Part shown: one piece after another, positions 10,901 through 20,679 of the stretch
How positions within the stretch are numbered: the first letter of the stretch is position 1
Layout of the letters: each line of letters begins with the position of its first letter
The notes under the pieces: generated by a model
Seen by the model: only the letters and a program-made list of their open reading frames with translations
What the model was told of the DNA's origin: nothing
Database searches by the model: none
Origin: Mobula hypostoma
Taxonomy: Eukaryota
DNA: 64,000 bases
Assembly (NCBI RefSeq): GCF_963921235.1
Contig: NC_086108.1
Location: forward strand, 101,868,001 to 101,932,000
Direction of reading: 5' to 3'
Position numbers and translations under genes: made by a program

Positions 10901-13900
10901 AACTAGCATAGGTGGAGCATTTGCTGGTCGGCAGAAAACAGAGAACAAAAATAAAGGGATCCTGTTCTGGCTGGCTGCCTTTTACCAGTGGAGTTCCACA
11001 AGGGTTGGTGTTGGGACTACTGCTTTTTATGATGTATGTGGATGATTTGGACCGCGGTATTAATGGATTTATGGCTAAATTTGCCAATTTTACAAAGATA
11101 GGTGGAGGAGCAGGTAATGTTGAGGAAACAGAGAGCCTGCAGAGAGACATTGATAGTTTAGGGGAATGGGCAAAGAAGTGGCAAATGAAATACAATGTTG
11201 GAAAGTGTATGGTTATGTGCTTTACTGGAAGAAATAAACGGGCAGATGATTATTTAGATGGGGAGAAATTCAAAATGCAGAGATGCAAAAAGACTTGGGG
11301 CTCCTTGTGCAGGATACCCTAAAGGTTAACCTCCAGGTTGAGTCAGTTGTAAAGAAGGCAAATGCAGTGTTGGCATTCATTTCTAGGGGTACCGAATATA
11401 AGAGCAGGGATGTGATGTTGAGGCTCTATAAGGCACTCGTGAGACTATACTTGGAGCATTGTGTGGAGTTTTGGGCTCCTTATTTTAGAAAGGATATATT
11501 GACATTGGAGACGGTTCAGAGAAGATTCATGAGAATGATTCCAGGAATGAAAGGGTTACTGTAGAGGAACGTCTGGCAGCTCTTGGGCTGTATTCCCTGG
11601 AGTTCAGGAGAATGAGGGGGGATCTCATAGAAACATTCCAAATGTTAAAAGACCTGAGCAGAATAGATATGGTTAAGTTATTTCCCATGGTAGGGGATTC
11701 TAAGACAAGAAGGCATGATTTCAGGATTGAAGGACGTCCTTTTAGAACTGAGATGCGGAGAAATTACTTTAGTCAGAGGGTGGTAAATCTGTGGGATTTG
11801 TTGCCATGAGTGGCTGTGGAGGCCAGGTCATTGGGTGTATTTAAGGCAGAAATAGATAGGTTCTTGATTAGCCAGGGCAGCAAAGGGTATGGGCTGAAAG
11901 CAGGGGAGTTGGGATGGCAGGAAGAATTGGATCAGCCCATGATTGAATGGCGGAGCAGACTCGATGGGCTGAAAGGCCTATTTCTGCTCCTATATCTTAT
12001 GGTCTTATGGTCTTATAATTTCCACAATTGTCTTCAGTTATTCTACTTTGTTTGGTATCTTAAGTCATTTTGAAACTTATGGTGTCACAAGGAAAATTTG
12101 CAAACTCCATACTTCAGAAACATTTTTGCTTTTCTATCTGTTAGAATGCTTTGGATCTAATCACTTTGACTGACCGTGGATTCTTCTGATGTACACTTCT
12201 GCAAAATATGTTCAGCTGCATTTTCTCCCTTTCATAAGAGCTATAGGAATACTGGTTGTTGTTAGAACCATTTCAACCATTAATTGATAACGTGGCTAGA
12301 AATTCCCAGGTATCCATGTCCAGAAACTCCGAAGTATGTATTTTGTTGTTGACTTAACTTTCTAAATTCCAGTCATGGAGAAGTATGGCGCAACTTCTGG
12401 CCACATTCCAATTGCCCAATCAGCGGCAGTAGCAGGCCACAGCAACGAAGTTTCTCGCAGGTGGGCCTTGCTTCTTTAAAATTTGATCTTCACGGGTGTT
12501 CAGGCTCATTCCAATGACCCAATCAGCCCCAGGAGCGGCCACTGGTATGAGGTTTCTCTTGCACGTCAGAGACACTTGTTTAAGAGGGACAAGCGGGGCG
12601 GCCATTGTCAGGGCAGCTATGGTTGGGAGTAGGCCAGTGGTGAGAGTAGGAGTGTCAGACTTTGGCTCAAAGGAGGCTTCAGCTCCAAAGAGGTGTTGGC
12701 TCTGGGTAAGATTCCGTTAAGTTTCTCTTTTTCTCCTCTTCTGTATCTGGTGTAATGAATGACTGCTGTGTATACTTTGCGCAGGATGTTGACGTCCTGG
12801 CAGATCCAGACTCTCCCAGGGAACTACATCCGTATGCAGTACATCCGACTGCAGCTACTTGAAGACCGCGCTAGAGATTTGGAGCAGCAGCTGGATGATC
12901 TTCAACTTGTACAGGAGAGTGAGGAGATCATCGATCAGAGTTACAGGGAAATAGTCACCCTGAAGTTGCAGGAGGAGAGTAGCTGGGTGACTGTCAGGAG
13001 AAATGGAAATGTGAAAAGACAGTTATCACAGTACACCCCTGTAGCCATTCCCCTCAAAAATAAGAATATTGGTTTTGATGCTGTTTTGGGGGATGACCTC
13101 ACAGGGGATTGTAACAGAGACTTGGTTACTGGCATTGAGCATAGGTCCATGATGCAGAAGGGAAAGAGGGAGAAGAGGGGAGCAGTAGTGATAGGGGACT
13201 CAGTAGTCAGGGGAGCAGACAGGAGATTCTGTGGACGTGAACGGGACACCCAGTTGGTATGTTGCCTCCCAGGTGCCAGGGTGAGTGATGTCTAAAATTG
13301 CATCCATATCATCTTGGAGAGGAAAGGAGAGCACCAGATGTCTTGGTAGATATTGGTACCAATGGGACAGGAAGGAAAAGCAAAGATGTCCTGAAAAAAG
13401 AATTTAGAGAGATAAGTAGAAAGCTGAGAAGCAGGACCTCCAGGGAAGTAATTTCTGGATTGTTGTCTGTGCCATGCGCTGGTGAGGGTAGAAACAGGAT
13501 GATTTGGCAATTAATGAGTCGCTGAGAAGTTGGTGCAGGGGGCAGGACTTCAGATTCTTGGAACATTGAGATCTCTTCTAGGGGAGGTATGACCTGTTCC
13601 ATAGCGATGGGTTGCACCTGAACCCAACGGGAACCAATATTCTCACAGGCATGTTTGTTAGGGCTGTTGGGAAGGGTTTAAACTGATCTGGCAGGGTTGT
13701 GGGAACTGGAGTGAAGGGACTCAGGATAGGACGGATGATAAAAAAGCAAAGATAGCATGCAGTCAGACTATCAGGAAGGGCACGCAGGTGATAGGACATA
13801 ATTTCAGCCAGCATGGTGGGTATCAGTGCATTAGGGATGCAGAATCAAAAAAGGGTAGCAAATGCAGTACTCATAGTGTTATATCTCAATGCACAGAGTA

Positions 13901-14595
13901 TAAGAAATAAAGCAGATGATCCTGTTGCATTATTACTGATTGTCAGGTATGATGTTGAGGCCATCACTGAATCGTGGCTGAAGGCTGGTTGTAGTTGGGA
14001 GCTAAATATCCAAGTTTACATGACATGTTGGAGGAATAGGAAGGTAGGCAGAGGAGGTGGTGTGGCTCTGCTGGTAAAGAATGGCAGCAAATCAGTAGAA
14101 AGATATGACATAGGATCTGAAAATGTTGAATCCTTCTGGGTTGAAATAAGAAACTGCAAGGGTGAAAGAACCCTGATGGGAGTTATATACAGCCCTTCCA
14201 ACAATAGCTGGGATATGAACCACAGATAACAACAGGAAGTAGAAAAGGCATGTCAAAAGGGCAATGTTATGAGAGTCATGGAAGATTTCAACATGCAGGT
14301 TAATTGGGGAAATCTGGTTGCAAATGAATCTCAAGAGACTGAGTTTGTTGAATGCCTATGATTTGGTTTTTTAGGGCAGTTTGTCATTGAGCCTATGAAG
14401 GGACCAGCTATACTGGATTGGATGTTATGTACTGAACTGGAGGTGATTAGAGAGCTTTAAGGCAAAGGAACCCTTAGGAGCCAGTGATCACAATATGATT
14501 GAGTTCAACTTGAAATTTGATCGGGAGAAAATAAAGTCTGACATAGCAATATTTCAGTGGAATAAAGGAAATTACAGTGGTATGAGAGAGGATTT

Positions 14596-15246
14596 AACAT
14601 AGAAACATAGAAAATAGGTGCAGGAGTAGGCCATTCGGCCCTTTGAACCTGAACCGCCATTCAGTATGATCATGGCTGATCATCCAACTCAGAACCCTGT
14701 ACCAGCCTTCCCTCCATACCCTCTGATCCCTTTAGCCACAAGGGCCATATCTAACTCCCTCTTAAATATAGCCAATGAACTGGCCTCAACTGTTTCCTGT
14801 GGCAGAGAATTCCACAGATTCACCACTCTCTGTGTGAAGAAGTTTTTCCTAATCTCGGTCCTAAAAGGCTTCCCCTCTATCCTCAAACTGTGACCCCTCG
14901 TTCTGGACTTCCCCAACATCGGGAGCAATCTTCCTGCATCTAGCCTGTCCAATCCCTTTAGGATTTTATACGTTTCAATCAGATCCCCCCTCAACTTTCT
15001 AAATTCCAATGAGTATAAGCCTAGTTCATCCAGTCTTTCATCATATGAAAGTCCTGCCATCCCAGGAATCAATCTGGTGAACCTTCTTTGTACTCCCTCT
15101 ATGGCAAGGATGTCTTTCCTCAGATTAGGGGACCAAAACTGCACACAATACTCCAGGTGTGGCCTCACCAAGGCCTTGTACAACTGCAGTCGTACCTCCC
15201 TGCTCCTGTACTCAAATTCTCTTGCTATAAATGCCAGCATACCATA
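14596..15246 (-). mobile_element. Young 5'-truncated CR1 3' fragment inserted in copy B
   Basis: Uninterrupted ORF MLAFIAREFEYRSREV...LVRPHLEYCVQFWSP...RVVNLWNSLP and a (TTTCTATG)n tail on the minus strand at about 14596-14614. Confidence 0.9.
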
Positions 15247-15672
15247 ACAAAATAAATTGGAAGGAGATGCTGGTGGGGATGACAGCAGAGCAGCAATGAC
15301 ATGAGTTTCTGGGAGGGTGCAGGATAGATGTATTCCAAAAACAAAGAAATACTCAAATGGCAAAATTGTACAGCCATGGCTGACAAGGGAACTCAAAGCT
15401 AAAGAGAGCATGTACAACAAAATAAAAATTAATTGGAAGACAGAGGACTAGGAAGCTTTTAAAACCCTACAGAGAGCAACTAAAATAATCATTAGGAAGG
15501 AAAAGATGAAATATGAAGCAAAGCTAACAAAGTGGATTGTAAAAGATATAGGCCTGTAGGAAAATGAGGCTGGAGAAATAGAAACGGAGGCCAAGGAGAT
15601 GGCAAATGATCTAAACAGGTATTTTGTTTCAGTCTTCACTGTGAAAGACAATAGCATTGAGCCATATGTTAT

Positions 15673-15886
15673 GACAATAGACAATAGGTGCAGGAGTAGG
15701 CCATTCGGCCCTTTGAGCCAGCACCGCCATTCACTGTGATCATGGCTGATCATCCACAATCAGTATCCAGTTCCTGCCTTATCCCCATAACCTTTGATTC
15801 CTCTATCTTTAAGAGCTCTATCCATCTCTTTTTTGAAAGCATCCAGAGACTTGGCCTCCACAGCCTTCTAGGGCAGAGCATTCCAT
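15673..15886 (-). mobile_element. Short CR1 3'-end fragment inserted in copy B
   Basis: Same 3' UTR motif (GGTGCAGGAGTAGGCCATTCGGCCC on +) as the 14.6 kb copy, with an ACAATAG repeated tail. Confidence 0.8.
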
Positions 15887-15966
15887 TTATGTTAAAGGGT
15901 GTGAAGGAAGTGAAGTGAGTGTAGTTACTATTACAAGGGAGGACGTGTTCAAAAAGCTGAAAGATC

Positions 15967-16369
15967 AGGGCCGGCTGGTGGCGCAATGACATCGGCGCCA
16001 GACCCGGGAGCGGAGGTTCCCGGGTTCGAAACCAGTCGGGTCTGCTCCCGAGTATGCTTTCCATCTGTGCCAGGGTGAGCGTCGAGATCATAACTGAACA
16101 TTGTAAAACAAAGGGAGAAATACTGTGAAAATGTCTGCGTGGGGAGTGGTGCGCCACACAGTCTCTCTTTCTCTCTCGATCTGCACCTCGGAAAAATCCA
16201 TGAAGAAAGACATCATCACGGACGCATGCACGCACACGCAGACGCACACGCACAGACTCGCACACACGCACACGCAGACGCACATGCACAGATGCGCATG
16301 CACGCACACGCAGACGCACATGCACAGACTCGCACACACGCAGGTACACGTCAAAAAAAAGACAAAAAA
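15967..16369 (+). mobile_element. tRNA-derived SINE with compound CA/CG microsatellite, A-rich tail and 17-bp TSD
   Basis: A box TGGCGCAATGA at 15979-15989 and B box GGTTCGAAACC at 16023-16033. TSD CAAAAAGCTGAAAGATC at 15950-15966 and 16370-16386. Confidence 0.85.
16221..16350. repeat. Compound (CA/CG)-type microsatellite inside the SINE
   Basis: Repeated ACGCACACGCAG / GCACATGCACAG units. Confidence 0.9.
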
Positions 16370-16963
16370 CAAAAAGCTGAAAGATCTAAGGGTACATAAG
16401 TTACCCGGACCAGATGAACTGCACCCTATGATTCTGAAAGAGGTAGTGGTAGACTTTGTGAGGGCATTAGTAATGATCTGTCAAAAATTATTGAACTCTG
16501 GTATGGTGCCAGGGGACCGGAAAATTGCTAATGCCACTCTACTCTTTAAGAAAGGAGAAAGGCATCAGAAAGGAAATTATAGACCAATTAGCCTGAACTC
16601 AGTGGTTGGGAAGATGATAGAGTTAATTGTTAAGGATGAGGTTATGGAGTACATGGAGACATGCAGTACTTGGAGACACAGGACAAGATAGGAAAAAGTC
16701 AGCTTGATTTCCTTAAGAGAAAATCTTGCCTGACAAACCTGTTGGAATTCTTTGAGGAGATTACATGTAGGATATATAAAGGGGATGCAGTGGATGTTGC
16801 ATATTTGGACTTTCAGAAAGCCTTTGACAAGGTGCCATGCATGAGACTGCTGACCAAGTTAAGAGCCCATTGTATTACAGGAAAGTTACTGGCATGGTTA
16901 CAGTATTGGATGATTGGTAGAAGGCAGCAAGTGGGAATAACAGCATCCTTTTCTGGTTGGCTG

Positions 16964-17060
16964 TGTTATAAGGTGGGTGTTGATGGCAGACCCAAATGCA
17001 AGACACAGACACTGAAGTACTAGGAACAGGACTAGGTTTATCGAGATAGCAAGGTGAGTA
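16964..17060 (-). mobile_element. Truncated LTR 3'-end fragment, same family as the solo LTR at 19386-20679
   Basis: GACCCAAATGCAAGACACAGACACTGAAGTACTAGGAACAGGAC is the reverse complement of about 20606-20649. It starts TGTTAT, the reverse of the LTR ...ACA end. Confidence 0.8.
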
Positions 17061-18719
17061 AGGAAGACTTAGATTAGAAGAATGGGCAAAAGAGTGGCAA
17101 ATCAAATTCAATTTTGGAAAATGCACACTCATGCTCTTTGATAATAGAATTAAATGTGCAGGCTATTTCTAAACAGGGAGAACATCCAAAAATCTGACTT
17201 GGGAGTCCTTGTGTAGAACACGCTAATGGTCAATTTGCAGGTAGAGTCGGTGGTGAGGAAGGCAAATGCAATGTTAGCATTCATTTCAAGAAGTCTAGAC
17301 TTCAAGAGGAGGGATGTGATGCTGGGGCTTTATAAGGCACTGGTGAGGCCTCACCTTGAGTATTGTGAACAGTTTTGAGCTCCTCATCTAAGAAAAGATG
17401 TGCTCGCATTGGAAAATTTTCAGAGCAGGTTCACAAGGATGATTCTGGGAATGAAATGGTTATTATACAAGGAACATTTGATTGCTCTGTGTCTGTACCC
17501 GCTGGAATTTAAATGGATGAGGGGAATCTTACTGAATCCTTTCAAATGTTGACATGTTAGATGTGGAAAGGATGTTTCTCATGGTGGGGGAGTCTAAGAT
17601 AAGAGGACACAGCCTTAGGACAGAGAGACGTCCATTTAAAACAGAGATGCAGAGAACTTTCTTTAACCAGAGGATGGTGAATTTGTGGAATTTGTTTCCA
17701 CAGGCAGCTGTGGATGCCAGGTTTTTGGAGTATTTAAGGTAGATATTGATAGGTTCTTGATTGAACATGGCGTCAAAAGTTACAGGGAGAAACTGGGGAA
17801 TGTAGCTGAAGAGGGGGCAGAATGATCAGCCATGATTGAATGGTGGAGCAGTCTCGATAGGCCAAATGGCCTATTTTGGCTCCTATGTCTTATAGTCTTA
17901 TGGTCATATCTTCATAGGTTTTTACCTATTTTTGGAGATAATTGGACCTTTGAATATGGATGGAGAACTGGATGATATCAAACAATGGAACATTGTGACA
18001 GGAATATAAATGTCAGAAGGAGGTCTATCAGTGGGTAAGAGGTTGGAAAAGGGCTAAGAAGTCAGTAATAGCACTTCTGAAATTGAGAGATGAGCATTGC
18101 AGACAAAAAAGCAGCATATTAAGGAGTCTCATTACAGACTAAGAAATAGTGGTTTTGCAAGAGTGAAGGAAATTGAGGGGAAAGGGAAGAACTTTTCTTT
18201 TCTTGCTCACCTTCCAGTTTAAAATGGACATTTTAAATTCAGTTGTCTCAGCAACAGGAATCCCCAGAATGTTAGGGCCAATATTGTCCTACAAAGCTCC
18301 AGAAGTAGAATTGCTTGGGCAATGATTCCATCCTGTGAGAAAATGACATGGAACTTGTGTTGGGATTGTAAGGTTGACTTGTGTCACAAAGTTTTGAGTA
18401 GTGTTTTTTGAGTAATGTGAATAACCCAGAAATGGTTGTTAAAAGTGTTTTGCGATGCATTTTAACTTGCATTTTGCGGAAATATGTCACAGGAATTATG
18501 TCACAGAAGTTTTCACTCATCTAAATTCACAGTCTGTTGTAATTCATAAAGTTAGAAATTACTTTTCATTCCCAATACTGACTATTACAAAACTTTGCTT
18601 CTTATCATTTGCAAATCCAAACATTGAAGGATTTTTGCCGTTAATTTGTGGGAAGTTTGCATTCTGACCATGCACAAACTTCAGTTTTGGAATATGTGCT
18701 GTCTTCTGTTTGTCAAATC

Positions 18720-19125
18720 ACAAGCAAGAGAAAATCTGCAGATGCAGGAAACTAAAGTAATACACATAAAATGCTGGAGGAACTCAGCAGGTCAGGCAGC
18801 ATCTGTGGAAAAGAGTAAACAGTCGAGTTTAGGGCCAAGACCTTTCATCAGGTCTGGAAAAAGAGATGAAAAGTCAAAGTAAGAGGGTGGGGGAGGGGAG
18901 AGAGAACTTCTCAATTCTTTATTTCCCCCTTCCCCGTCTCTTGGTTTCACCTATCGCCTACTACCTTGTACTTCTTCTTCTTCTCACCCCACCTTCTTAT
19001 CCTGACATCTCATCTCTTTTTTCCAGTGCTGATGACAAGTCTAAACCCAAAATATCAACAGGTTGCTCTTTTCTACAGAAACTGCCTGGACTGCTGAGTT
19101 CCTCCAGTATTTTGTGTGTATTTCT
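18720..19125. mobile_element. Two oppositely oriented Penelope-like terminal-repeat fragments
   Basis: 18720-18900 is the reverse complement of the motif at 18910-19125 (CTGATGA...GACTG...CTGCTGAGTTCCTCCAG). The same motif abuts the Penelope ORF at 44.0 kb. Confidence 0.7.
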
Positions 19126-19385
19126 TTGCCTTACGTTTGTCATATTTTCATGAAATTGTAATTAGCTTTTTATTCTAAGGGAATTATTTACAAGACGTGG
19201 TGTGCATTTTGGTTCTTGACTCCGAAAAATGAATCGATCGACCTAAACTATAGATTATCAGACCATAAGACCATAAGATATAGGAGCAGAAACAGGGTCC
19301 ATCGAGTCTGCTCTGCCATTCAATCATAGGCTGATCCAATTCTTCCAGTCATCCCCACTCCCCTGCCTTCACCACATACCCGTTG

Positions 19386-20679
19386 TGTCATGGTCCGGTC
19401 CGTGAAGTCTGTGTTCCAGTTCACGGTCCGGTCCATGGTTCCTTGTTCCGTGGTTTCTGGTTTTCCCCAGTTTCTGTTGTGGGCACATGTTTCTCGTGCT
19501 GGGGCTGAGACATAAATACCTCTGCAAACCAGGGATTCCCTGCTGGACTGTTTTGTTCCCCTCCCTGTCTTTCCCCCCTTGTCTGACACTGTGCCTGGAT
19601 GCCTCGCCTGACTCTCTGCCTGGATGCGTCACCTGACTCTCTGCCTGCTCACCTAGCCTGGATACCCTGCCTGTATCGCTGAAGTTTTACCGCTGGAGCA
19701 AGACCGGAGCCTGGTTAGGTCAAGATAAGGAACTGTCTTTTGTTGTGTGGAATTGTCTCTCTGTGTCCATGCCTTCGCTAGGTAGGTTCGGCCATTTGCC
19801 GCTACCTAGTGTTGAGAACTGTCTCTGTGTCCTCGCCTTTGCTAGGTGGGTCTGGCCATTTGCCGCCACCTTGTGCTGGGATCCGTCTCTTCATGTTCAG
19901 TGTTCTGTGTATGGGTCCCAGCCCTACGTTCTAAGGAGGGGTCCTGGCTCTGCGTTATGTGTGTGAGTCCCGGCCCTACGTCTCGTTCCCAAGGAGGGGT
20001 CTTGGCTCCGTGTTCCTTACTCCTGTCTCTTCTAGTCCAAGGCTCCATGTTCCTGAAGGCCCTCATCCAGTCTGTGCCTAGTCCAGTCCTATCTGAGTCC
20101 TGTCCATGTGCCTTTACCTGTCCTTGTGTCTCGCTCTACCCAGGAGTTCCTAACCCAACCCATGTCCAGTCCTGTAGCCTCGTCTTGTCCTCGCCTAGTT
20201 CTGGAGTCTGAGCCCGAATCAAGTCCCAGGTTCTGGGTCCTTGCCCAGTCTTTGGCTCAGAGTCCATACCCAAGCCTCGAAGTACCCAAGACCCAAGACC
20301 CAAGACCCCAGCCTCAAGCCTCAAGACCCAAGACCCCAGCCTCAAGCCTCAAGACCAAGACCCCAGTCTCCAAGCCTCAAGCCTCCAAGCCTGCCTCCAA
20401 GCCTCAAGCCTCCAGACCCCAGCATCTAGTCCTGCAGTCATGTCATGTCCTTGCCTGGTTCTGAGGCCCGAGCCTGAGGCAAGACCCAGGTTCTGGGTCC
20501 TTGTCCAGTCTCTGGCTTGGGGTTCAAGCCCGGGCTCCTAGTTCTTAGTTCCTTGTTTGGGTTCTCTGTTTCTAGTCTATGTCCTAGCCCAGGTCCTTCA
20601 TCCTTGTCCTGTTCCTAGTACTTCAGTGTCTGTGTCTTGCATTTGGGTCCATTCCCAACACCCTCCCCCCATTGTGACA
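19386..20679 (+). mobile_element. Solo LTR (Gypsy-like) or LTR-only non-autonomous element, 1294 bp
   Basis: TGTCA...TGACA termini, 5-bp TSD CGTTG/CTTTG (1 mismatch), and host CR1 contiguous across it. TGCATTTGGGTCC near the 3' end. Confidence 0.75.
20268..20420. repeat. 7-bp tandem repeats (ACCCAAG / CCTCAAG) inside the solo LTR
   Basis: Directly visible: acccaagacccaagacccaagaccccagcctcaagcctcaag... Confidence 0.9.

Larger units (their letters stand above)
2277..12015 (+). mobile_element. CR1 LINE copy A (part of ORF1 plus ORF2, many stops and frameshifts), interrupted at about 2641-8500 by a Rex1 element that itself contains an L1
   Basis: ORF1 VVIGDSIVRGTDRRFC (to about 2634) resumes at about 8501 as DRDTRMVCCLP, then LGTN and HGLHLN. 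ORF2 motifs YLNARNIRNK, VGDFN, KSPGHDGMHP, SGVPQG, YVDD. 3' tail (TCTTATGG)n at about 11995-12015. Confidence 0.9.
12400..17905 (+). mobile_element. Near-full-length decayed CR1 LINE copy B (5' UTR, esterase ORF1, ORF2) carrying at least four younger insertions
   Basis: ORF1 from 12759 (leucine-zipper-like LQLLEDRARDLEQQL, VIGDSVVRG, IGTN, DGLHLN). ORF2 YLNAQSIRNK, NYRPISL, YLDFQKAFDKVP. Tail TCTTATAGTCTTATGG near 17890-17905. Confidence 0.88.

Noticed and set aside
15967..16040. Possible tRNA gene
   Set aside because: A and B boxes are present, but I see no convincing cloverleaf, and it has a body, tail and TSD, so it is a SINE head.
15750..16691. ORFs rich in VC/HT/HA repeats (199, 188, 94 and 86 aa)
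   Set aside because: They are translations of the SINE microsatellite fused to CR1 sequence, not genes.
20108..20464. Pro/Gln/Ser-rich ORFs and a short repeat array
   Set aside because: These are 7-bp tandem repeats inside an LTR with no unique spacers, so not CRISPR and not a gene.
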